A stretch of DNA of 64,000 nucleotides, taken from Callorhinchus milii (taxonomy: Eukaryota). Position 1 is the first letter of the stretch. Every line of letters begins with the position of its first letter. Where the stretch lies: positions 29,080,001-29,144,000 of the forward strand of contig NW_024704743.1 of the NCBI RefSeq assembly GCF_018977255.1, read 5' to 3'. The notes below the pieces were generated by a model, which saw only the letters and a program-made list of their open reading frames with translations, searched no databases and had not been told where the DNA came from. Position numbers and translations under genes: made by a program. Shown piece after piece: positions 1 to 12,344 of the stretch.

Positions 1-293
1 TTATACTTATTGATGCACAGCAGGATTGATGCTGAGGTTCATGATAATCCTTGTATTTTATTGGGTTACAAGATTGTGCTATTACTGCCCAATGAAGGAC
101 GTTGAGATACGCATAGTAACAAATCCAATGGCCTTTATAAAAGTTAATGGCTGGAATTGGTTATCATCAAGTGGCCAGAATACTGAATTTGTAGAAGTAA
201 GTTTGATACTGTTATGGAAAGTTCACAGGGCAACTATTCTGGAAGGATGAAATAAAATGGGCCATAGGGCATTCTTCATTTTCTCTTTTCTAG

Positions 294-617
294 TAATAAT
301 AATAATAATAATAATCCTTGCATTTGATATAGCGCTTTTCACGTCGGAAGGACGTCCCAAAACGCTTCACAGAACAAACTGTAAAGTGAATTGACTGTAT
401 ATTTGTGGGCGAACGCGGCAGCCAATTGCGCACAGCAGTGTCCCACAAACAGTCGTAGATTGAAAATGACCAATTTTATTATTGTTTTTGGTTTTGGAGG
501 GATTATTATTAGGCGTGTGGAGTAAGGAAACTTGCCCAAGGTTTTGCCCTGCCTGGAATTGAACTCAGGTCTCTCGCTTGCAAAGCGAGTGCTCTAACCA
601 CTGAGCTACAGGACTCC
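294..617 (-). mobile_element. tRNA(Ala)-derived SINE, short version A, full length
   Basis: Reverse complement has A box TAGCTCAGTGG, B box GTTCAATTCC, the shared body, a 3' stem-loop and an (ATT)n tail. Near-identical to other copies in the window. Confidence 0.92.
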
Positions 618-844
618 ACAAATCTTTTGTGATTGCTTGTGAGAGATCATTACTTACACTTTCTGCTACAATTAATTAGGCTGATAGTTGAACATACTGC
701 AAAACTTAAGTCTCTCTCCAATTCACTCAAAATAGTGCAGATTAACATATGTCACTTTCAATGTCACTTCAAATTTCTATCATTGTGACAGCACTGTAAA
801 GACTGAATATATTTTATGAGTGGGAAGGAACCAAAGCATGAGGA

Positions 845-1185
845 TATTACAATATAAAATGACAAAATCAAGCCACGTGGAAAGGTGGCTGCATTCAGAA
901 AGATCTGGGCAAAATAATAAGGTGACTTAAGGTACACTAGATGGATTTTTAATGAGGACAAATACAAAGTAATGGTCATTGATACAGGAAACATAAAGCA
1001 TATCTAAACAATGGATTGGTATCCATTTACAAAAGTGGAAGAGTGAAAAGATTTGGGTGTGAATATTCATCATTCACAATCCAGCCATCGCTCAAGCTTT
1101 TATTAACAAGGGCATTCAAGTACTGGAATACATCTCAAAGCCACTGGATTATAAAAGCAGAATAAAACGATCGCAGCCCTGTGTA
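845..1185 (+). mobile_element. Degenerate CR1 LINE RT fragment
   Basis: Translates to IQKDL..., MDFNEDKYKVM, KDLGVNIH and YISK.LDYKS-like CR1 motifs, with stops. Confidence 0.6.
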
Positions 1186-1206
1186 AAAATCAGAAGTGAT
1201 TATATA

Positions 1207-1516
1207 TCCTGTAGCTCAGTGGTTAGAGCACTCGCTTTGCAAGCGAGAGACCTGAGTTCAATTCCAGGCAGAGGGCGAAACCTTGGGCAAGTTTCCTTAC
1301 TCCACACACCTAATAATAATCCCTCCACAAAACAGAACAATAATAAATTGGTCATTTTCAATCCACGACTGTTTGTGGGACATTGCTGTACGCAATTGGC
1401 TGCCGCGTTCGCCCACAAATATACAGTCAATTCACTTTACAGTATATTCTGTGAAGCGCTTTGGGACGTCTAGAAGACGTGAAAAGCGCTGTATCAAATG
1501 CAAGGATTATTATTAT
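1207..1516 (+). mobile_element. tRNA(Ala)-derived SINE, version A
   Basis: Same head, body and tail. Anticodon arm ctcgc-tttgcaa-gcgag (TGC). Confidence 0.92.
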
Positions 1517-2278
1517 CTATAAAAAATAAACAAAGCCTTGTATGGCTTTGTTTATTGGGGCGTTTATTTGAATATTATCGACAAAGCAGTTGCGGGACGG
1601 GATAAAACAACAAGTTGGGTTACTCATTGATGGAAAATGTGTGCGCTGTGTGAGGCCAAAGAGCACAGGGAAACCTGTAACGTTTTTGAAGTAACAGCGA
1701 CATCTCTTTTTTTACCTGAGAACCTCCACCAGGTTCACAGACTGGGAGCAGCGTGTGAGGAGGTGCGAGCCAGTGAAGGCGGAATCCCATCAGTGGGATT
1801 TATTTTATTTGAACAAACATCGTAAAGTTTCACAATGTGTGTTACCTGTGCTGTGGGAAATAAGAGGGTCTTCTGAACCCTCCCGTTTTAACCTTCCCCT
1901 GCATTACAATCAAATGCACAGGGGAGTAGCAAGGATAGCATTTGCAATCTCAATTGGGAAAAAAATAGATACATATTGGGGGGTGGGTGGGGGTGGGGGG
2001 GGGGTGGACGGAATCGGACTCGATCAGACAAAAGATCGGAGATAATAACTAACTGCCTAAACAAAAAGATCGGATCACCTGCTTAAGGTTTTACGATAAG
2101 CCTAAAATGTCCTTGTGCAGCCGCGATGGGACTGAGTGTATCACATTCCTCGGGGATGGTTGCGTTTACTGAGCACGTTATCCTCCTTCAGCATCTGTCT
2201 GTGGGTGTGCTGTTGTTTTCGATGCTTTGAATTCTGCAATGCCATGTTGCTGGATCTCTTCCTGTATGTTCGTGTCTG

Positions 2279-2350
2279 TGTGGGTGTGTGTGTGTGTGTG
2301 TCTCTCTCTCTCTCTCTCTCCTTCACACACACACACACACACACACACAC
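2279..2350 (+). repeat. Compound microsatellite (GT)n(CT)n(CA)n
   Basis: Read directly. The GT and CA arms are reverse complements of each other. Confidence 0.95.
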
Positions 2351-3879
2351 AGGATCTCTCCTTCCGGATGCCAACATGTAACCTGTCGAGAACCTGCATC
2401 CTCGGGTGTCTCCACGCAGGAATAAATCAGAGAATCACCCTGGACTTACTGTGCGGAGATGGCACCCCCAGTACCACACTGAGGGCAATACCCTCCTCCT
2501 GGTGAATAACAAGGAGGAGTTGGACACATTGCACGGTGATGATACGAGGAATAACACCTATACATTCATTCGCGTTGTTATACCCACACACTGCAACACC
2601 GCCAGTGTCTGGTTTCGGTGATCGGAAGGCGACACTGCAGTGCTGTTGGTGTTTTTAATTCTCAGATCACAGTCACCGGACGGTCATGAAATGCATTTGG
2701 GCTCAGAGACGCGCATTTTAAACGCATCGGACGGTTCCCACTCAATCGAAATCTGACCGAATGGAAATCGTTGCCTCGTCGTCACTGGAAGGAGGAGAAA
2801 GGGGGAATTAAATCATGAAACCGGGGCAGGGGGTGGGGGGGGGGCGTTTGTTTTTTTTATATGAAACACTTGGATTTGATTTGTTTTACAAAAATATCCG
2901 CAGTCCTTTCATTCTGACGTTATTAGTGAAACAAATCTCGCAAAGGGACAGCGTAAGTCATGAAACCATCCCAGTCCCCTACTTGCATCGGTGTTGCGGG
3001 GACACACAGAGCCGAGACATCAAAAGTTGTCTCAACAACAGGAGCAAGTCAGCTTCACAGAGTAGTATCGTTATTATTATTTTCCATCAGGTTATTTTGC
3101 AATGAGAGGACGTGGGGCTGGACATCCCGTGTTGCTCAGCTGCAGGACCTGGTGGTGGATACCCCACGGAACGCACCTGCCCCAAGAGGAGGGGAGTGGG
3201 GGGAGAGGGGGAGGGGGGGGGGGGGGGGGAGAGGGGCGATCGATCTCGTTCACAGTCGCTAAAAAGTCATCGGCGTTTATTTGTTCTAAACGTCTGGGGT
3301 TCAATGCACCACCAGTAAGAGCCCCCCTTCCCCACCCCCACCCCCATGGCAATGTCAGGACGCTCGGGTTGTTTATATATAACCTTAACAGTTTCCCCTC
3401 TACACTCGGCGGATCGCTAAGCAACTCCAAAGATTACAATTCCTGAAAACAAATGTGTTGGGAGGCTGTGGGGGGGTGTGGGGGGGAAAAAATATACACA
3501 GATCCTTAGTCTTTTTTTAATGAACGTTTAAGCAAACGGGATCGGGGTGAAGGTGTTGCATAAAAAAGCTACATGTGAGGAAGGTGGGGGGGTGTGGGGG
3601 GGGACATTGCATCGGGGTTTTTTTTTGTTAACAGTTTATTTGGGGGGGTGTTGCATTCGAGCTGTCAGTCAGTCACAGTCAGTCAGTAGTTTCCGTGCTC
3701 AGCCTCCACGCCCCTTGTTTTATTTACTGCAATCGTTAAAAGAAACAAAACCACGACTCAGTTCAACTCTATTCAAATCCGACTGCAGTCCTGGCACAGT
3801 TCACACAACAGGTGCAAAGGGGTGTGTGTTGTGTGTGTGGGGGGGTGGGTGGGTGGGGGGGGGTTTAGAAATCTGCGGG

Positions 3880-5800
3880 AAGGATACAAATCAATCGCAA
3901 GACTTTCACGGTCGATCTTCCCCACGATTCGGTCCCGGGAGCCACTGTTGCCGATTTTTTTCCGCGTGTGCTGCCGCCGGTGGCGCACGGAGAGGGGCTC
4001 CCGGTGCAGGAGCGGCCCCCGAAAGGTGCGGAGTGAGTGGAGCGGAAAGCGTCGGCGTTTCCCCTCTTTGAGGTGTGCGGGTGGACGGATCCGAGCGGTG
4101 ATATTGCACAGGTCTGAGCCGGTCTCTGGAGAGTTGGGGCGGTCTGTCCCCGACGCTGAGTGTCTGAGCGCAAAGCAAAGCAAAGACCACCAGGACCACC
4201 AGACACCAGACACCAGACACCAGACCCACCAGACAACTGAGACTGAAGGGCGATCTCCGCTTTCCAATCGCTCCACCGAAGCCCAAGTTACCACTGTGGA
4301 ACAGACAGACACAGACAAGAGACACACAGACAGACGGAGACACAGACACAGACACAGACGAGAGTGTCTGAAAGAAGTCGAGCCTTGTGCGTGTTGGGGC
4401 TCTCTTTTTTTTCTTTCTTTCTTCTTCTTCTTCTTCTTGAGTTGAGTTGATTTGAGTTGAGGATTGATTTGGAGTCGAGAAAGAAAGAAAAAAAGCTGAC
4501 CCGAACTTTCAAGAACCTTTTGCGGTGGGGGAGTCATTCATTCCCCGCCTGTTGCGGGATCGGGTTTGCGGAAGTAACACACGCACAGAGCGAGAGAGAG
4601 AGAGAGAGAGAGAGAAGGAAAATAAAATAAAACAACCCCCTCCCCCTTCCCACCCCTCCCTCCTCCCCATCACCCCCCAAAAACACACACACACAGAGAC
4701 AGACACACACGCACACACACACACGCGGGGCAGCCACCGGGGCCATCATGAACCTGGAGGTGTTCTCGGGGTCCGCCTTCCAAGACAAGGTGTGCAGCGA
4801 CTCGGAGGGCAGCGTCCCCTCCCCCCTGTCGGGAGAAGAGGAGTTGGGGTCGGACGGGGACTGCGCGGCCAACAGCCCCGCGCCCACCACCACCACCACC
4901 ACCACCACCACCATCACCCCCCCCACCACCCCCACCTCCAGCACCCCGGACCCCGACCCCCGCCCGGGCCAGGAGGCGAAGGGCAACAAGACCTACACCC
5001 GGCGCCCCAAGCCGCCTTACTCGTACATCGCGCTGATCGCCATGGCGGTCCGGGACTCGGCCACCGGCCGCCTGACCTTGGCCGAGATCAACGACTACCT
5101 GATGAAGAAGTTCCCCTTCTTCCGGGGCGGCTACACGGGCTGGAGGAACTCGGTGCGGCACAACCTGTCCCTGAACGACTGCTTCGTCAAGGTGCTGCGG
5201 GACCCGTCCCGGCCCTGGGGCAAGGACAACTACTGGATGCTGAACCCCAACAGCGAGTACACCTTCGCCGACGGGGTGTTCCGCCGCCGGAGGAAGCGCA
5301 TCGCCCGCAAAGCCCTCAAGGGACCCGGGGCCGGGGACGCGCCCGGGGTCGCCCCCTCACCGCCGCCCCCAACACCACCACCCACCCCGGCGGCGGAGGC
5401 GGGCAAGGGGTCGGGGGGCACCCGGGCCAAGTTCTCCAGCTCGTTCGCCATCGAGAGCATCCTGAGCCGACCCTTCCAGCGGCGGGAGGACAGGTTGGCC
5501 GAGCAGGTGGGCCAGATGTTCTGGTCCAGCGCTCCGCTGGCGCCCTACCCCTTCGTGCCGTACGCGCGGGTCGGCCCGGTCCCGGCCCTGTTTCACGTCG
5601 GCCCGGCCGCCCCCTCGCTGCTGCCCGCCCGCGGGTACCCGGCCCCCGGGCCGGACCCCCCCCACGCCACCGCCACCCCCGCCAAACCCGTCCGGCCCGG
5701 GATGGCCGAGTCGCAGCGGGACTGCTCCCGCCTCCCGTTCCCGGCGGCGATGCTTCCCGGTCGCTTCCATCCGTTCAGGATCGAATCCCTGATCGCCTAG
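3880..5800. promoter_or_regulatory. CpG island over foxq1 promoter and CDS
   Basis: High GC and abundant CpG by eye. Confidence 0.8.
4748..5800 (+). CDS. foxq1: Forkhead box protein Q1, single exon, 350 aa
   Basis: N-terminus MNLEVF...SDSEGSVPSPLSGEEELGSDGDCAANSP is typical of FoxQ1. Forkhead domain [13 protein letters not shown]...[53 protein letters not shown] is Q1-diagnostic. eh1 motif FAIESIL. Intronless, and adjacent to foxf2 as in other vertebrates. Confidence 0.97.
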   Translation: MNLEVFSGSAFQDKVCSDSEGSVPSPLSGEEELGSDGDCAANSPAPTTTTTTTTTITPPTTPTSSTPDPDPRPGQEAKGNKTYTRRPKPPYSYIALIAMAVRDSATGRLTLAEINDYLMKKFPFFRGGYTGWRNSVRHNLSLNDCFVKVLRDPSRPWGKDNYWMLNPNSEYTFADGVFRRRRKRIARKALKGPGAGDAPGVAPSPPPPTPPPTPAAEAGKGSGGTRAKFSSSFAIESILSRPFQRREDRLAEQVGQMFWSSAPLAPYPFVPYARVGPVPALFHVGPAAPSLLPARGYPAPGPDPPHATATPAKPVRPGMAESQRDCSRLPFPAAMLPGRFHPFRIESLIA

Positions 5801-6650
5801 AAGACAAGTGTCAGGACCTGACACACGCACATCCACACATCCGCACACCCCCACCACACACACACACACACACATACACACACACACGCGAATAACACAC
5901 GACTCCCACCCAATCGGAGGGCGACAGAGCCCGAGTTCTGCACTTTTGATCAGATCTTATTATAGGAGAGATATTGAGTGTGTGTTGTGTGTGTGTGTGT
6001 GTGTGTGAGTGTGTTTTCCCGACCACTGCACTGGGACCCGATGAAAGCTTTTATTCGAATAAAAGGGTCCAATACACTGAACCTGGTTTCCTGCATCTCG
6101 ACAAAACCAGTCGTTCCGGTCAAACCACCGAAGGACCACCACCACCACTATGTTATCGAGACTGCAGTCATCCTTTCTGAGAGCAGGTAGTGAAAAGCGT
6201 GAGATCAACTGGATATCGGATCATTTCTAACCCCCCACCCCACCCCCCACCCCCACCACCAAAAAAAAAACGATGGCATTGCTGTGTGCCAAATAAGTAG
6301 TTGTTACGATTTTTTAAAAAATATATATATATATATTTATAACTTTTTTTTTGCAAAAAAAAAGAGGTAAAACCAGAGATGGGCTATAGAACTTTTATTT
6401 TGTGTGTGTGTGTGTGTGTGTGTGTTTTTAAAATAAAATGAATCGTATGTAGGATGTTAACGACAAAGCTCGAATCGAGCCCAATGAGTTTGATAAGTGT
6501 CAGTACTGTAATAACCTTAAGGACGGGACCACTGCCAATGTAACGCAGGCGATTTTTTGTTTGTTTGTTTGTTTGTTTGTCTGTTTTTACGCGCGTGTGT
6601 TTTGTTGTTGTGTTCAATACCGAACGATTTCACGAGCCTTTATAGTTTCG

Positions 6651-6656
6651 AATAAA
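6651..6656 (+). promoter_or_regulatory. Candidate foxq1 polyadenylation signal (alternatives at 6058 and 6432)
   Basis: Three AATAAA hexamers lie downstream of the stop codon. The sequence alone cannot show which is used. Confidence 0.4.
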
Positions 6657-9600
6657 TGTGCTTTGGTAACCCCCCCCCCCCACCAAAAAAAAAAAAAACT
6701 TCCGTGTTGGCGTGCAATGATTTTTGGACCATCGGTCGGCGATGCGAAAGGGACAGGAGGACACAAACCTGGCGTCCGGGAAAAAAAGGGTTAATCGAAT
6801 AACACAGATTTCGAGACTCGGTTTCCCGTGAGAAGAATTTGTTTTGTTTTTTTTTGCAAACCCACCCACGCGGTTTTGCAATGAAAGAGATCGGATTTGC
6901 AGGGAAACAGGTGGGTTGGAAACGCAGGGCGGGGACGGGCTTTGGAAGCGCAAAGGTGAGTTGTTTCCATCGCCCGGAGAGGCACCGGGTGCTAAATGGT
7001 TCGCCAGTGTCTCAACGCAGTGTGTTCAAACTGTAGGCATTCACTCACTCACATTCTGTTATATCCCTGCCGTTGCCGGAGGGGTGTGATCAATATTAGT
7101 TCAACTCGTGTTTGCATCGGTTCCGAACAAAACTGATTGCACCGAAGTCAGCGAAACGCGTCCTAAAATCACAGGCAGATATCTGGGAAGAGGGGGTCGG
7201 TATTTAAGCGGATTCTCCGGAGGACTACACATAAATCTTTCTCTCCTGCCTTTTAACGACCAGTAAATCGAGAGATGTGCAGGCTATTATATTTTAATCG
7301 CTGCAATCTGTCAGGTAGATCGTCTAAGATGTGATCCGACCATTTAGGGACACTAAATGCAGAGATCTCCTTGAGGCACTTGGAAAGAAAGGTAACGCCA
7401 GCTGACAAATTCTATAGTGGTTAGAAATGTAATCGCCCAAGCAGGTAACCGGAATCCTTACAGGTACTTTAGACTTAAAGGGGGTGCATCATTTAAGTAA
7501 GCATCCTACCTTATCACTGCATCTGAGTCCCACCATTAATAAGAGGAGGTAATGAATGTTATATATAGGCGTCCGATCAGGTAGGTCGATTTGACGGATG
7601 TTTCAGGGCACATGGAGAATGCTAAAAATACTGTGCTGGTAATTTGATTGAACATGGACATCCTGATGGTTTGTCATTTATTCCCAGCTGTTACAAATCT
7701 AGTGCTATCTCTCCCAACCCCCCGCCCACCCCCAAACCCCCCCAATAACACTCCAGTTCCAGCAGAATTATAGTGCAATCTTAATTGCTTAAACTCAGAA
7801 ATTCCAGTCAATGAGACATAACTGTCAACTCACTAGATCTTATCGGAAGATCGAAGCACCTGATCAAGGTGATATACAAATCTTTAATGCACATGCCTGG
7901 TTTAGATTAATGAGTGTGTGAAGTCAACTTAAACCTGTAGCTAATATGGAGTCGCTGCATCCCGAGGTACAGAACAGCTGGTCTTTGCACAACTCAGTCA
8001 CCCTCAGGTGATGGGAAGGGTATCAATTCAGAGGGGACAACTGTTATCCGTATGTAATACTTGTATTTGATATAACACTTTATCAAATCGGCCAAGGTCT
8101 CAAATCAATCACGGGGTTTATTATAAAGTTACACAAACTGTGTGTTTTGTACGGCTGCAGCCAATTTGCACACAGCAATTGCTACAAACGTAGACAAGGC
8201 ATTGGTATTATGTCTTATGTAAAGGATGGCACCTCTGACAATGCAGTACTTCCCAACATTGTATGATCCAGCGATAAGACTGGTACAAACTAAGGCAGGC
8301 TAACGCTTGAATTAGGAGATTCAGTGCTTTTATAATCTGCCGTGCAAAAAAAATGACCCGTGTATGTTTTCAAGTGTACCGATATCACTATTATTTTACA
8401 AGAGCTCAATATTAAATCATGTTGGGAATCTGCCGGGACGTACCAGTGTGTAATTTTAAATGCTATTTCCGGAGCAACTGTGTTTATAGCAATTTGTGTT
8501 AAATTGCTATGGGTTAGATTCAGCGGTCTTTTTATTTGAAAGGCAAACCGTAAAGACATAAACGTGTACACATAAAGATGTCTCATCTCAGAGTACAGTA
8601 TAAATAAAACATTAGCATACAGGTAGATACAGACCTACTGAACTAAACACACACACACACACACACAAAACACACACAGGCGAGATTTTGCCAGAGGTGC
8701 AGTTGCAGTGAATTGTTTCAATGAAAAGAAAGTCTATTTGAGCCTAAAGTGCCCTGTAGTTAACAGCCGTTTGAACTTTCCCCCTATCAATTTCCAATCT
8801 ATCTTGTTTAACCACTTTTTTTCGGCACTCCCATGACAAACACACGGAGTCAGGCGAACTGGAGTCATTGCTTTCCCATTTATATTTTTTAAAAAAGTAA
8901 CACGACCTGGAATCGTGTTTGCGTTGCAAACAGTTGCCCAACCTGAATATTTAGAGAACTAATTCTGTTCCCATTGTAGTGCAACTCTGCAGAGGTTTAT
9001 TTGGCAGAGCAACTGCTTCTTTCCCAAACGACCTCGTGCAACCTGTTTGCAATGGGCTCGAGTCTGGGTGTAACCCGTTGATTTTTCAGCAAATGTCACA
9101 CTGTATTTACGTATCCTTTGAAACGTTCATGTTTCTGTTTCGAGGATCACTCACTGTTTATTGTCACTATGATTACGGGAAATCAAAACAAATGTTCCAC
9201 TTCCAGTACATTTTCTATGAGCGTTTATCACAGTTTTAGATCAATAACTTACCATTGAGCAGCAGGTATTAACAGCGCTTGTGAAAGAGGACCTGGAGAC
9301 GTGGGGGGGGTGTTTTTTTTAACCATTTTTCTCACAAAAGGCCAGTGGAATAGTTTCACCAACTCGGGCAGGTTGAGTGATGTCGATCGCTGTTAAGGTG
9401 AAGACTGTCACAGAGTGAGGCAAACAGTCTCTGACTGAGCACAGGACTCCCTGCGACAAGGTTATTCACTTGATCTGCTTCAAAGAGGTTGTGCTCAGTT
9501 ATTCTTGTTCTGGGTTTTAATAGCTGCATGTGTCACAAGGTGCTGGCCCTTTTTCAATTGGGCTCACAGTGGGTAACCCTTCTGTAGCAACATTCTTCTG

Positions 9601-9848
9601 AATCCCATCAAAATATCCTCAGCTTCATTGAAGGCTTTTTTCTTTTTCTTAAAAAAATTGCATACCAAACCTACATTGGAAAGTCTTCATATTTTAAAAT
9701 CAAATGAATCTTTAAAAACAAATCAAATCCATCAGAAGCACATGAATAGGGATAGGAAGATGGATAGGAAAAGGAAAGAGCCATTCAACCTCAGTTTATG
9801 CTATCAATAAGTCTACGGTAACTAGTTCAATTTCCCATCTTTCTCCAC

Positions 9849-10462
9849 AACAACAACAACAAAATTACACTTGTATTGCGCCTTTCACGTCAGGAGGACG
9901 TCCCAAAGCGCTAAACAGACAGAGTTACGGACCCGAGCTGAGGGTTGGGGTGGGGGAGGGGGGAGGGCGGAAGGGAAGCAGGGAGATCGAAAGCACGGTC
10001 GAAGAGGAGGGTCTTGAAGGTGGCGAGGGAGGGGGCGAGGCGGAGTGACTGCGGGATGCAGTTCCAGAGGGTAGGTGCAGAGTGGTGGAAGGCCCGCCCG
10101 CTGATAGTGGGGCGAGCAAGGCAGGCAACATGAAGCAGGCCAGAGCCCGCTGAGCTGAGGGAGCGAACAGGGTGGTAGGGGGTTAGGAAGTCAGAGAGGT
10201 AGGGGCGAGCAAGACCATGGAGGGCTTTGAAGGTGAGGACCAGGATCTTGAATTGTATCCTCTGTGTGATGGGAAGCCAGTGGAGTTGGGTAAGGATGGG
10301 GGTGATAGGGTCGCTGAACCTAGTGCAGGAGAGGGACAGGGGCTGCAGAGTTTTGGATGATCTGCAGCCTGAGGAGGGAAGTGTTGGGGAGGGCGACAAA
10401 CAATGAGTTTGTATAGTTGAGCCTCGATGTAATGAAGGCGTGTATGAGGGTTTCGGCAGCCT
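9849..10462 (-). mobile_element. L2-clade LINE 3' fragment
   Basis: ORF2 C-terminal motifs PITPILTQLHWLPITQRIQFKILVLTFKALHG...GRAF...APTLWN, followed by the 3' stem-loop and (GTT)n tail. Confidence 0.9.
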
Positions 10463-10641
10463 GCGGCATCCCTTAACATCCTTATTCTGTGCACAATTGG
10501 CTGCTGTGTTTCGCCCACAAATATACAGTCAATTCACTTTACAGTATATTCAGTGAAGTGCTTTGAGAAGTCTGGAAGTCATGAAAAGCGCTATATCAAA
10601 TGCAAGGATTATTATGATTATTACTACTCATCATGTATAGA

Positions 10642-11072
10642 TAATAACAAATAATAATCCTTGCATTTGATAAAGTGCCTTACCATGTTAATGAATTGTT
10701 TCAAAGCACTTCACAATTTTTTTTTAAATTATGAAGTGTAGTCACTGTGTATATGTAGGCAAATGCAGCAGTCAATTTGCCCACAGCAATGACCCACAAT
10801 AGGACATGAAGTAAGTGACAACATGCTTTATTTTATTTGGGAGAGACACTGTTGGCCAAGACACTGGGAGAAACTCCCTTCCCTTTTTGAATGGGTCTTT
10901 AACATTTTCCTGAACAGGCAAGACAGGACCTCAGTTCAATGGTTCATCCAAAGGAAGGAACCTTCAACAATGAAGCACACCCTCAGCACTGCATCGAAGG
11001 ATCAGCATAGACAATATGGGTCCCAACTTCTGACTTGGAGGCAAGAGTGTTACCAATTGAGCCAGGCTGACA
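10642..11072 (-). mobile_element. Older Deu-domain SINE (DeuSINE/SacSINE1-like), near full length
   Basis: Different tRNA head (tgtcagcctggctcaattggtaacactcttgcc), Deu-like core (gctgagggtgtgc...ctttggatga...gggagtttctcccagtgtc) and the same 3' tail. Family name recalled, not searched. Confidence 0.72.
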
Positions 11073-11644
11073 ATTATACAATACAAAATTATATTTGTAT
11101 AGCGCCTTTAATGTTGGGAGGATGTCCCAAGGCGCTGGACGCCTTGGGAAGAGTCATTCTGTTTATTCTGCCCCCAGCTTTTACTATTTTAATACTTCAA
11201 TCAGATCATTCCACAAACTATTGCTCTGCAATGAATAAAGCCATAGTTTACTTGGCTCTCATTGTGTGATATTTTTTTCTTTCCAGGTATCTTTCCTAAT
11301 TTGCCTAGAAAGTACACATGTACCACACAAGTATATCACGTGAAGCTCTTTGAGAATTTCCAATGATGTGATGAAGTATATCATACTACAAAAATGGTGC
11401 ATCCTCACTTGGCTACACTTGTTCCATATATATTAGTTCCCCTCCGACGACCTCAATGCCCTAGCTGCTCCTTCTGCTCAGCAAATAATAGCCTGTTCGA
11501 TCTCTCCATCTAATCCAGCCTTCAAGGTTTAACTTTTCAACCATGCTCCATGCTTTTGGCAAGTTTTTCCAAAGGACTTTTTTTTTGGTCTTTCATTTAT
11601 TCTTCTAATTTTCTACCTTTCCTCTTCCTATAGTCAAGGTAATA

Positions 11645-12280
11645 TCAGTCTAGACTGATACGATGAAGTGCTGGGGTGGGCTGCATTGTTGGAGGTGATG
11701 TTCTTCAGATAAGACATTAAACAAAGGTCGTATCGACTTGTTCAAGGTCCCATGGCACTATTCCAAAAGTGAAGGGAGTTTCTCCCAGTGTCATGGCATT
11801 TGTTGTCAAATTGGGTAGGTTCACACCCAATTGGCTATGTTTTTATTATACTCTTCCTAGGATAAACAACAGCTTTGGGTGAGTTAATTCAAAAAATGTT
11901 TTGTTTAAACTTGCAAAACGTCCATCCCTCCCTTGAAGACTTTTTTTTACACACAGTTTCAAAAACACTAATGTAAATCAGTCACTCTGCTACCCAAGGC
12001 AGGCAACGGAAAATATTGTGCTACTTTTGGGCTTGTATATGGTGGTCTTTGGGCTACAAAAGTATTTAAATTTTTGGCAACCTTTGTCCTGGCCATCAAT
12101 CCCCCACATACAATTGGTCATTCACTTCATGACTGTTTGTGCGACATTGCTGTGTGATAATTGGCTGTGGCATTTGCCTACACAAATACAATCACTACAC
12201 TTTACAGTAAAATCCTGTGAAGCATCTTGAGGTTTACTCCCAACATTAAAGGTGTTATATTAAATGCAAAGATTATTATC
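11645..12280 (+). mobile_element. Deu-domain SINE, split by about 280 bp of unrelated sequence
   Basis: Deu core at 11665-11800; the 3' part and tail resume at 12085-12280. Confidence 0.62.
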
Positions 12281-12344
12281 ATGCCTTTTACTATGTTTGA
12301 TCATATATCTTAAAAAATACTATTCTTTGAGTCACAACTTTATC

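Noticed and set aside
339..539. Recurrent small ORFs (MGKFPYST..., LAAAFAHKYTV) suggesting a peptide family
   Set aside because: They are translations of the same SINE copies, with frameshifts between copies.
1207..1280. tRNA-Ala(TGC) genes
   Set aside because: The heads lack a proper acceptor stem and continue into SINE bodies with tails, so they are SINEs rather than tRNA genes.
3960..4395. AhR response elements (GCGTG) near foxq1
   Set aside because: 5-bp cores are expected by chance in a CpG island, and there is no cluster.
3547..4537. Several 120-250 aa ORFs upstream of foxq1
   Set aside because: Low-complexity translations of GC-rich and microsatellite sequence.
4525..5895. 456-aa ORF overlapping foxq1 in another + frame
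   Set aside because: It starts at GTG and begins and ends in microsatellites. Its codons start at foxq1 third positions, which are almost all G/C, so stops are excluded passively.
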